Below are positions 16,559-24,462 of a stretch of DNA of 24,609 nt, piece by piece. Numbering within the stretch: position 1 is the first letter of the stretch; each line of letters opens with the position of its first letter. The translations under genes were made by a program, and so were the position numbers. The notes beneath the pieces were generated by a model that made no database searches, was not told the DNA's origin, and saw nothing but the letters and a program-made list of their open reading frames with translations. The stretch comes from a virus (Duplodnaviria; Caudoviricetes), in the IMG/VR virus record IMGVR_UViG_3300016669_000011, positions 1 to 24,609 of that record. One strand, given 5' to 3'.

Positions 16559-17740
16559 ATGCCCATCATCAACCCGGAGACGGGGACCGCCCATGACTAC
16601 GCGACCCTGACGGACGCGTTCCGTCGGCTCCCCTACGTGCCGCAGCAGATCAACGCGCTGCCGTGGAACGCCCAGGGCGTCGCCACCCGCACGCTGCTCG
16701 TCGACACCCGCACCGAGACCTTCGACCTCGTCGACCCGCGCGCCTGGAACTCGGGTATGTCGCAGGTCGATCTCGGCGACGCCGAGGACGATCAGTCGGT
16801 GCCGCTCAAGGTGCTGCACTACCCGCACGGCTTCACCGTGCGCGCCTCCGAGGTCTCCGAGCAGCGCGCCTTCGGGTCGGAGTCCGAGATCGAGACCACC
16901 GCCGACCGTCTCGCCCGCGAGATGGCCACCTGGCAGACCTCGATCGACTTCACCTGGGAATTCACCCGGATCGGCGCCGCGCTGTTCGGCGTGATCCTCG
17001 GTCGATACGGCAAGGTCTACGTCGACCTGCGCAAGACCTTCAAGCGCCAGCCCCTGCGCCTCAAGTTCAACTTCGGCTCCGGCGAGAACTTCTTTGAGTT
17101 CCTGAACGGCGCCAAGTACCTCGCCCGTCAGCGCCTCGGCGGCAGCTACAACGTCGCCGGCTTCCAGCTGCTCGGCGATTACGCGATGAACCAGAAGGTG
17201 ATCTACGACCCGTCGGTCCAGAACACCTACGCCGGGTTCCAGGAGCGCCAGTTCATGCGCGCCGACAACTCGAAGGGCTTCACGATCTGCGACGAGGTCG
17301 AGGTCAAGCTCTACCGCAACCAGTTCATCCCGCGCACCAACCAGCTGGCCTTCCCGACCACGGTCCTGGCGCTGATCCCCAACGCCCCGAACCTGTTCCA
17401 GTCGCGCTTCGCCCCGGCCCAGGTCATGGGCGGCGTCAACACCGCGGGCGCGCCGGTCTACCTGTTCCCGAAGGACCTCGACTTCAACGAGGGCGTCCAG
17501 GTCAAGGGCCAGACCAACATCATCAGCTGGAACCAGCGCCTGGAAGGCATCGTGCTGATCGAGCACGGCCCGACCACGGACCTGGCGGCCCTCGGCTTCT
17601 ACGGCGAGTCCGCCTCCTCGCCGTTCGACACCCTCGACGACCTCACCGACGCCGACCTCGGCCTCGCCCCCGGCACGAACATCATGCCGCGCGGCCTGAC
17701 CGAGGCCCTGTCGGACGAGCAAGCCGACGAAGTCGCCTGA
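16559..17740 (+). CDS. Major capsid protein, lambda gpE family
   Basis: LTDAFRRLPYVP, VRASEV...RAFGSE, IDFTWEFTRIGA..GVIL, LFQSRFAPA...VNT.G.P.Y; strongly biased codon usage; expected position. Confidence 0.88.
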   Translation: MPIINPETGTAHDYATLTDAFRRLPYVPQQINALPWNAQGVATRTLLVDTRTETFDLVDPRAWNSGMSQVDLGDAEDDQSVPLKVLHYPHGFTVRASEVSEQRAFGSESEIETTADRLAREMATWQTSIDFTWEFTRIGAALFGVILGRYGKVYVDLRKTFKRQPLRLKFNFGSGENFFEFLNGAKYLARQRLGGSYNVAGFQLLGDYAMNQKVIYDPSVQNTYAGFQERQFMRADNSKGFTICDEVEVKLYRNQFIPRTNQLAFPTTVLALIPNAPNLFQSRFAPAQVMGGVNTAGAPVYLFPKDLDFNEGVQVKGQTNIISWNQRLEGIVLIEHGPTTDLAALGFYGESASSPFDTLDDLTDADLGLAPGTNIMPRGLTEALSDEQADEVA

Positions 17741-17756
17741 TCCCGCCACCCGCGGT

Positions 17757-17827
17757 TTCGCGGGCGGCGCCCCCTCCGACCGCCCGCGAACAGGGGCCCG
17801 GGGTCCACCAGGGTCCCGGGCCTTCTT
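17757..17827 (+). terminator. Tandem hairpins after the capsid gene; the second is a likely intrinsic terminator
   Basis: TTCGCGGGCGG/CCGCCCGCGAA (17757-17790), then GGCCCGGGGTCC-ACCA-GGGTCCCGGGCC (17795-17822) followed by TTCTT. Confidence 0.65.
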
Positions 17828-17848
17828 CATCTTTGAGCGTGAGCCGTC

Positions 17849-18241
17849 ATGCCCCAGCAGCAGCCCCCGAAGCGCCCCCTCCAGGTCACGGACGCCCGCG
17901 GGCAGGTCGTGACCTCCTTCGCCGAGGGGCCGGCCGTGCGCTTCCCCGTCCCGGATGACGGCAAGTTCCACCGCGTCCCGAACGGGTCCCTCGCGGTGCG
18001 CCTGCACATCTTCGGGGCCCGGAAGGGCGTGATCTACGTGACCTCGAAGAGCGGCGCCGTCGCCGAGGGCGATCCGGTCGCCACCTGGCTGCAGAACGCC
18101 ATGCCGCTCGCCGCAGGGGCCCCCTACACGCTGACGTTCTCGGATCCGACCGACGTGTTCGTCGCGGCGGATCCGGATTCGAATCCCGGTTCCGCCGCGC
18201 CGATCGTCGGCGTCGTCCAGGCCTCGATGGCGGTGCTCTGA
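17849..18241 (+). CDS. Hypothetical virion-associated protein (beta-rich)
   Basis: 130 aa, TGATG-coupled to the fibre gene. Confidence 0.65.
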   Translation: MPQQQPPKRPLQVTDARGQVVTSFAEGPAVRFPVPDDGKFHRVPNGSLAVRLHIFGARKGVIYVTSKSGAVAEGDPVATWLQNAMPLAAGAPYTLTFSDPTDVFVAADPDSNPGSAAPIVGVVQASMAVL

Positions 18242-20493
18242 TGGGCATGGAGTTCTCCACCGGCGGGCCTCCCGCCGCCACCCTGATCGGGCTTGCCTTC
18301 ACTGGCGGCCGGAGCGTCGGCACGTTCTCGGACGGCCGGATCGCCGATCTCGGCCCCTCGCAGATCTTCGACGCGACGACGCTCAACACGTCGATCGCGA
18401 ACCTGCAGAGCAACCTCACGGCGGTGCAGGGGTCCGTCGCGGCCGCGCAGACGGCGATCTCCGCCCTCCAGGCCGCCAAGGCCACGGACGAGGCCGCAGC
18501 GGCCACGGTCGCCTCCGCCGTGGCGGCCCTGACGACCCGCGTGACGGCCGACGAGGGCACGATCGCCTCGATCCAGACCCTGGTGGCTGCCCTGCAGGCC
18601 GCCAGGGGCACCGACGAGGCCAACATCGCCGCTCTGCAGGTCCAGGCCGCGAGCCTGATCGCCTCCAGGACCTCGGACGAATCCGCCATCGCCGCCGCGC
18701 AGGCCGCGATCGCGGCCCTGCGCACGTCCCAGACCTCGGACGAGGCCGCGATCGCGGCCAACGCCTCGGCCATCGCGGCGCTGCGCACCTCGCAGACCGC
18801 CGACGAGGCGACGCTGACGGCCGCCAACGCCGCGATCGCCGCCATCCAGAGCCGCCTCTCGGCCGACGAGGCCCTGATCACGGCCCTCCAGACGCGCGCT
18901 ACCACGGACGAGGCCGCCATCGCCGCGAACGGGGCCTCGATCACGGCCCTCCTCACGAGCGGCCCCCAGGGCGTCGTGCGGGGCCGCAGGGCCTTCGCGA
19001 GCCCGGCCTCGGGCCTCGCGGCCTTCGCCTACGCGGCCGTCGGCGACCAGCTCACCATCCAGGGCTCAGGCGCGGCCGTGACCTACGCCGTGGCGGCCAA
19101 CGACACGCTCGCGACCCTCATCGCCGCCGTGAACGCTCAGACGGCCGCCCGAAAGGTCCAGGCCGCCCTCGACGCGCAGGGCTACCTGCTCCTCCAGACG
19201 ACCGACGCGACGCCCCTGACCGTCACGGGGACGTCGTCCCTCGTGTGGGGCGTCCTGGGCCTCGTCGATAACGGGCAGGCCCTCTACAGCCTCTCGCCGG
19301 CCGCCACCGAGACGGACATCCGCGCCAAGGTCGCCCTGGCCTACGAGCTCGCCAACTCGACCTCGAAGCCCGTGGTCGTCGAGCTCCCCGCCGCGAAGGT
19401 CGCCTTCACGTCGCCGCTCGTCCTCGCCGACCGCAAGGCCGACAACGTCTACCTGCGCGGCAAGGCCACGACGAGGAACAACCTCGTCTCGATCGGCGCC
19501 GTCGCGGCGGTCGCTGGCTCGACGTACCAGTTCGACGTCGCCCTCACCCTGGACTCGGTCGCCGGCGTCACCGTCGGCGGCAAGCTTTGGCTGCAGTACC
19601 TCGGCATGAACCAGGGGCAGTACACCGGCAACGCCGCGTGGACGGCGCTCTGCGGCAACTGGCCGGTGCAGTCGATCTCGGGGAACGTCGTCACCGTCCG
19701 GATCACGTCCCGCAACACGGGCGGCCCCGTGACCAACCTTCAGGGCATCGCGGTTTCGGCCTCGACCGCCGGGTCGAACGCCTACCCGTCGTTCGCCGCC
19801 GTTGTCGTGCCGTCCGAGCTCGCCTTCCCGGCCGGGGCGGGCGGCATTGCCCTCATCGACACCACTCTCGGCGTGACCAGGCTCGCCGTGTCGAACACCG
19901 ATGGCGCGTCGAACACGGTGATCCCCGGGGCCGACGGCTTCACGATCATCGGCTCGAAGGCGCGGCTCAAGGCCGGCGCCCTCGCCGTGACCGGATTCGG
20001 CGGGAACGGCGTCTCCACCTGGGACGGCGGCCGCCTGTCCCTGCACGCGATCTCCGGGGCCACGTTCTCCGACGGCGCGGAGTGGCAGAGCGCCGCCTTC
20101 AGCGGGAACAGCAACGCGGGCGTCTTCCACTACGGTATCTCGCACGGGACGTTCTCCGGCGCGCAGGTCGGCGCCACGGCCGTCTCGCTCCTGCACATCG
20201 CGACGTGCGGCAACGGCCAGAACGGCTACCAAGTCGAGACCGCCACCGCCTCGCTCCGTCCCGGCAAGGGCCTGGTTTCGGGCTGCAACACCAACAACGG
20301 CCTTGTGGTCTACCGCGGAACGAACTCGTTCGTATCCATGCCGGACTACACGATCCGGGACAACATGGACGGAAGCAACCGCCAATGCTTCGCGTTCGAG
20401 CAGGCGTACTGCAACAATACGGGCGTGCACCCCTCAATCGTCACGTCCCCGGCTGCCGGCACCGTCGGCAACACCAACTCGCTCTTCAGCTGA
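18241..20493 (+). CDS. Fibre/spike protein: coiled-coil stalk, flagellin-like domain, probable right-handed beta-helix
   Basis: 21-aa xxDEAAIAA...IAAL repeats; G/N-rich repeats (FGGNGV, SGNSNAGV, CGNGQNGY, GCNTNNGL); C-terminal SPAAGTVGNTNS; followed by a DUF4376-like gene. Confidence 0.75.
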   Translation: MGMEFSTGGPPAATLIGLAFTGGRSVGTFSDGRIADLGPSQIFDATTLNTSIANLQSNLTAVQGSVAAAQTAISALQAAKATDEAAAATVASAVAALTTRVTADEGTIASIQTLVAALQAARGTDEANIAALQVQAASLIASRTSDESAIAAAQAAIAALRTSQTSDEAAIAANASAIAALRTSQTADEATLTAANAAIAAIQSRLSADEALITALQTRATTDEAAIAANGASITALLTSGPQGVVRGRRAFASPASGLAAFAYAAVGDQLTIQGSGAAVTYAVAANDTLATLIAAVNAQTAARKVQAALDAQGYLLLQTTDATPLTVTGTSSLVWGVLGLVDNGQALYSLSPAATETDIRAKVALAYELANSTSKPVVVELPAAKVAFTSPLVLADRKADNVYLRGKATTRNNLVSIGAVAAVAGSTYQFDVALTLDSVAGVTVGGKLWLQYLGMNQGQYTGNAAWTALCGNWPVQSISGNVVTVRITSRNTGGPVTNLQGIAVSASTAGSNAYPSFAAVVVPSELAFPAGAGGIALIDTTLGVTRLAVSNTDGASNTVIPGADGFTIIGSKARLKAGALAVTGFGGNGVSTWDGGRLSLHAISGATFSDGAEWQSAAFSGNSNAGVFHYGISHGTFSGAQVGATAVSLLHIATCGNGQNGYQVETATASLRPGKGLVSGCNTNNGLVVYRGTNSFVSMPDYTIRDNMDGSNRQCFAFEQAYCNNTGVHPSIVTSPAAGTVGNTNSLFS
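18481..18957 (+). repeat. Intragenic 63-bp (21-aa, three-heptad) degenerate tandem repeat
   Basis: Asp-Glu codons recur at 18487, 18550, 18613, 18676, 18739, 18802 and 18865 (63-nt spacing), then at 18907 (42 nt). Confidence 0.85.
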
Positions 20494-20503
20494 GGATCCG
20501 GAG

Positions 20504-21100
20504 ATGATCGTCGTCGCGAACGCGTCAGGCACCGGCATCTTCGCCCTGCACGAGGACGGGCAGCAGGTCCTGGCCCTGGTCCTCGCGAGCCTGGAGACCG
20601 GTGCCTACGCCGGCCTGCGGGTCTACTCGTACGCCGGCATTCTCGGGGCGAACGATCCGCTGCCCGCGACTGGCCTGACCTGGCTCAACGCGCCGCAGAC
20701 GCTCGCCGGCTACGCGAACGCGGCCCGGAAGGCCCTCTCCGAGGGGCCGGGGCCCGGGCAGTTCGGGCGCATCCTGCAGGTCACGATCGCGTCGGGCACC
20801 TATCCCGTGCCGATCGATGCCACGACCCGATCCTCGCTCGGCGACGCGGCATTCGAGACGACGCTCACCAACGGGGACCAGTACACGATCGAATCCTGGC
20901 TGCTCCCGACGGGGCAGTTCATCAGCCTCGACGCCCCCTCGATCATGACCTTTGCGAAGGCGTGCTCGGCCGCGTTCCAGGCCCTGTTCAACGCCCAGAA
21001 GCAGGCCGTCGCCGGGATCGTCGCGGGCACGATCACCACCAAGGCGCAGGTCGACGCCATCCTGGCGGCGTCCGCGCCGGCCGGCAGCACCGGGGGGTGA
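20504..21100 (+). CDS. DUF4376-like fibre-associated protein (possible fibre chaperone)
   Basis: IDATTRSSL...WLLPTGQFISLDAPSIMTFAKA....QALF...GTITTKAQVDA; GGAG upstream; follows the fibre gene. Confidence 0.7.
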   Translation: MIVVANASGTGIFALHEDGQQVLALVLASLETGAYAGLRVYSYAGILGANDPLPATGLTWLNAPQTLAGYANAARKALSEGPGPGQFGRILQVTIASGTYPVPIDATTRSSLGDAAFETTLTNGDQYTIESWLLPTGQFISLDAPSIMTFAKACSAAFQALFNAQKQAVAGIVAGTITTKAQVDAILAASAPAGSTGG

Positions 21101-21101
21101 C

Positions 21102-21755
21102 ATGCCGACGGCCTACCTCATCGAGGCGATCGCGAAGCCGGGCAAGGTCCAGACGGTGAACCCGTCGCGGCAGCAGCTGATGCGGGCCGCGATCGCGGCC
21201 GCGACGGGATACCGGTTCTGGACTACCCAGACCGCCTGCAAGGAGCAGTCGGACCTTCCGGCGGACAGGCAGCCCTTTCCCGGATTCGACGACGTCTCGG
21301 TCACCAGTTCGGGGACCGTCACCGTAGCCTCGGCGGCCACTGCGATCTCCCTCGTCGGCCCCCCGGGGAAGGACGGCCAGCCCGGTGCCAATGGCAAGGA
21401 TGGCGCGCCGGGCAAGGATGGCTCTTCCGGTACCAACGGCAAGGACGGTGGCCAGGGCATCCAGGGCGTCCCGGGTCCCAGCACACTCCACTTCGCCGGG
21501 TTCACCACGACCGACTCCAAGGGGGCCTTCTCCCTGACGTGGAGCAAGCCCTTCGCCACCGGGGTCGTCCCGATCGTCAAAGTCGATCCCGCCGTCACGG
21601 ATGGCTACGTCTACCGGATCACCAAGCTCGACACCGCCACCGGTACGACGGGGGCCGTCCTGCGGGCGCTCCTGTCGACCGGTGTCCTCGGGGCCTTCAC
21701 CGCGGCCCCGGCCGGCGTGACCCTGTCCATCCTCGCCTTCGAGCCGTACCCCTGA
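21102..21755 (+). CDS. Collagen-like (Gly-X-Y) fibre protein
   Basis: 14 consecutive G-X-Y triplets (21357-21482) followed by a beta-rich C-terminal domain. Confidence 0.8.
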   Translation: MPTAYLIEAIAKPGKVQTVNPSRQQLMRAAIAAATGYRFWTTQTACKEQSDLPADRQPFPGFDDVSVTSSGTVTVASAATAISLVGPPGKDGQPGANGKDGAPGKDGSSGTNGKDGGQGIQGVPGPSTLHFAGFTTTDSKGAFSLTWSKPFATGVVPIVKVDPAVTDGYVYRITKLDTATGTTGAVLRALLSTGVLGAFTAAPAGVTLSILAFEPYP

Positions 21756-22144
21756 TGCCGATCCCCGCCCCGTTCCGCTTCCTGGCGAAGACCCAGACCC
21801 GGTCGCCCCTCGCGGACCGGTCCGCGGTCCCGATCCTCATGGACGGCGTCTGGATCGACAGGACCCCGGACGGTCGGGACCTGCGGGCGATCTGCCGGGA
21901 CCAGACCGTGTCGATCGACGTCGGGGACCGCGAGGACTACGTCTCCCGCGTGGTCGTCAGCTACTCCCTGGCCGACCTGCCGCGGGAGCCCCGGCGCGGC
22001 GACAAGGTCCGGGTCGACGGCGTCGAGCTGATCGTCGGGAATCCGATGGCCTACCGGGTCGGCGTGGTCGACTGCATCTGCCTGGCGCCGGGCGAGAAGC
22101 TGCCCACCGCCGCGCGGAAGGGGGCCCGGACCGTCGCCCCGTAG
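21755..22144 (+). CDS. Head-tail joining protein (gpFII-like)
   Basis: TGATG coupling; DLPREPRRGDKVRVDGVELIV matches the P..GD.I.IDG..Y.V motif. Confidence 0.7.
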   Translation: MPIPAPFRFLAKTQTRSPLADRSAVPILMDGVWIDRTPDGRDLRAICRDQTVSIDVGDREDYVSRVVVSYSLADLPREPRRGDKVRVDGVELIVGNPMAYRVGVVDCICLAPGEKLPTAARKGARTVAP

Positions 22145-22148
22145 GCCT

Positions 22149-22174
22149 GCGTTTCGCTCGTATCTTTTACACGC
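22149..22174 (+). promoter_or_regulatory. Late-module motif copy 4
   Basis: Same 26-mer, 37 nt before TTG 22212 at the start of the tail module. Confidence 0.8.
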
Positions 22175-22211
22175 CGCGCTCGGGATCCTCGCTCCGTTGG
22201 AGTGAGCTCCC

Positions 22212-22712
22212 TTGCACGATCGCCGCCTCATCCGCCACGCCGTCCGGGACCGCCTCGAACAGGTGGTCGGTCCGGACGCGCCCGAGGGCCTCGGCTTCTA
22301 CGCCGACCGCGCCGCCGGGTTCGCGGACGCCGGCGAGACCGGCCTGCTCAACGTGGCCGTCGCCAACTCCGGCGGTGACCTCGTCGACCAGCAGGCCTCG
22401 GACGTCTTCCGCACGTACGTCGTCACCGTGCAGCTCGCCATCGACGGGCTCGCCTCCGACCTGGACGTCGACAGCGACGAGCCGTCCTGCCCCGACCTCA
22501 TCGACGACCTCGCCCTGAAGATCGAGGGGGCCCTGAAGCGCAACGACGTCCTCGACCGCGAGGCGCCCGCGCTCGGCTTCCTGCCGGTCAACTGGGAATT
22601 CGTCGACGACCAGGTCGCCTTCAAGCCGGGCGGCCGCGGCCAGGTCGGCAACCTCTTCATCCGCTACGCCCTCACGCTCCGTCAGCTCGACGGCGCGCCC
22701 ACCAGGAGCTGA
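22212..22712 (+). CDS. Tail terminator protein (gpU-like)
   Basis: HDRRLIRHAVRDRL N-terminus and DLIDDLALKIEGAL helix; directly before the tail tube gene; TTG start with GGAG upstream. Confidence 0.7.
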   Translation: MHDRRLIRHAVRDRLEQVVGPDAPEGLGFYADRAAGFADAGETGLLNVAVANSGGDLVDQQASDVFRTYVVTVQLAIDGLASDLDVDSDEPSCPDLIDDLALKIEGALKRNDVLDREAPALGFLPVNWEFVDDQVAFKPGGRGQVGNLFIRYALTLRQLDGAPTRS

Positions 22713-22715
22713 CCC

Positions 22716-23510
22716 GTGCCCGCCATTTACCGTTCCGCACCGGCGACGACCCAAAAGGTCCTCTCCGGCCAGTTTCTGTTCCAGCTCGCCGGCCTCGACG
22801 CCAACGGCCTGCCGCATCCGCTGCGCAACCTCGGCAACGTCGAGGTGGTCCGGACCGTCAAGACCGAGACGCTGGACATCTACTCGAACGAGATCCCCGA
22901 GAAGCCGATCCTCAAGAGGGTGACCATCACCCTCAACGAGGAGCTCAAGATCACCTGCATGTCGTTCCTCCCGCTCGTCCAGGGCCTGTCGCACATGGCT
23001 CCCGCCGGCGAGAACTTCCAGCAGGTCGCGGTCCCGGATGGCGAGGTCAACATTCCTGCCACGGCGAAGGACTACGACATCTACGAGTGCCGGGACCACA
23101 ACGGCAATCGCGTCTACGGCGTTACTTTCACCAGCCCCGACAAGACGAAGTACAACTACGACTCGCAGGGCGGACGCGTCGAGGTCATCGGCGATCGTAG
23201 CGCCTCCGACCAGGTGGCATTCACCTGCCCGGCGATCACCACCGCCAACGGCCTGGCCGTGCTGCGCATGCTGCAGCTGCGCGAGATCCGCGGCCGCGCG
23301 GTCATCCGGGAGAACAACCTCCTGGGCGCCCCGTACGACCACGACTACCCGACCATCTCGATCCGCATGAACTCCAGCCAGAACCTCATCGACAACGGCA
23401 AGGAGCCGTCGAAGGTGGAGCTGGACGCCCTGGTCGAGTTCGACACGACCCAGCCGATCGGCCTGGAGCGTGGCCAGGTCGTCGAGATGCCGGGCTACGT
23501 CCCGAACTGA
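22716..23510 (+). CDS. Major tail (tube) protein
   Basis: 264 aa, LRNLGNV motif, AGGAG SD, lies between the terminator and chaperone genes. Confidence 0.75.
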   Translation: MPAIYRSAPATTQKVLSGQFLFQLAGLDANGLPHPLRNLGNVEVVRTVKTETLDIYSNEIPEKPILKRVTITLNEELKITCMSFLPLVQGLSHMAPAGENFQQVAVPDGEVNIPATAKDYDIYECRDHNGNRVYGVTFTSPDKTKYNYDSQGGRVEVIGDRSASDQVAFTCPAITTANGLAVLRMLQLREIRGRAVIRENNLLGAPYDHDYPTISIRMNSSQNLIDNGKEPSKVELDALVEFDTTQPIGLERGQVVEMPGYVPN

Positions 23511-23575
23511 GCCAACCCGGGGGCGCCCCCGGGCGCCCCCTCCCATGACGCGTCTCCGGAGGGGAAACCGAGACC

Positions 23576-24214
23576 ATGACGAAGCTGACGAAGGCCGAAG
23601 CCGACGACCTGTTCCAGTTCCTGGACGAGGGCGATTACACCGAGTTCGAGTGGGCCCCGGCCCTCGGAGACCGTCCCGCCAAGATGGTGAAGGTCTACGG
23701 CGCCTCGGCGGCTGAATACGTGAAGTTCGTGGTCCGTCGGATTCCTGCGGTCGCAGAGCTCTACATCGACGGCGTGCGCCAGGGTGTCCGCCAGGCCGCA
23801 GCCGACGCCGAAGCGAAGGCCAAGGCCGCCGCGGAGACGGTCGACGTCCCCTTCGGTACCCGCGCCGCGCCCGCCGTCGTGGAGGCCTCCACGGCCCCCG
23901 TCGCCGAGGACCCGGACGCCGACCTCGACGTGATCTCCCGCGCCATCCTCGACGGCGTGCGGGAGAACATCGCCGAGGGCGCCCTTGAGGAGAAGGCGGC
24001 CCTGATCGCGGTGTGCATGGGGCGCCCCGGTGACGAGGCGTTCGAGCGCAACATCCTCCGCCATCCGCGCTTCCAGGACCTCGCCGACCTCGCGAACCAG
24101 AAGACGCGGGGCGCCGACCCTTTCGGTTTTTCCGGGGACGTGAACGCCCTGCTGATGGGCAGGCCGGCGGCTCCGGAGGCTCCGGCCGACCAGCCGACCG
24201 AGACCGCGGCCTAG
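23576..24214 (+). CDS. Tail assembly chaperone (gpG-like)
   Basis: Acidic helical protein between tail tube and tape measure; contains slippery heptamer CCCTTTC at 24118-24124. Confidence 0.75.
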   Translation: MTKLTKAEADDLFQFLDEGDYTEFEWAPALGDRPAKMVKVYGASAAEYVKFVVRRIPAVAELYIDGVRQGVRQAAADAEAKAKAAAETVDVPFGTRAAPAVVEASTAPVAEDPDADLDVISRAILDGVRENIAEGALEEKAALIAVCMGRPGDEAFERNILRHPRFQDLADLANQKTRGADPFGFSGDVNALLMGRPAAPEAPADQPTETAA

Positions 24215-24441
24215 AGCTCCAGTCGAACTGGCTGGTCGCCCTGATCCGGGCGATCCGCCTGCTCAGGATCCTGGGACACCCGGATCCTTGGACGCTCACC
24301 CCGGCCCAGGTCTTCTTCGACCTGGAGCTGCTCCGGGAGGACCGGCGCCAGGAGCGGGTCTTCAACATCAACGGGGCGCGGGCGGCCAGCCCCGAGGTCC
24401 CCCAGGAGGCCTTCCAGGCCTTCCTGGAGATCACCCCCTAA
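24118..24441 (+). CDS. -1 frameshift extension of the tail chaperone (gpT-like part of gpGT)
   Basis: The -1 frame is open from the slippery site to TAA at 24439-24441, has no ATG, and encodes LRILGHPDPWTLTPAQVFF. Confidence 0.75.
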   Translation, partial: PFRFFRGRERPADGQAGGSGGSGRPADRDRGLELQSNWLVALIRAIRLLRILGHPDPWTLTPAQVFFDLELLREDRRQERVFNINGARAASPEVPQEAFQAFLEITP

Positions 24442-24462
24442 CCGAGTAGGAGCCCCCACCCC

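Noticed and set aside
20200-20493. Diversity-generating retroelement target in the AAC-rich fibre tip
   Set aside because: No template repeat or reverse transcriptase in the window; Asn richness is explained by beta-helix repeats.
9622-22174. Repeated 26-mer as CRISPR repeats, att sites or IS ends
   Set aside because: Copies are kilobases apart, in direct orientation, and flank essential genes; no cas, integrase or transposase in the window.
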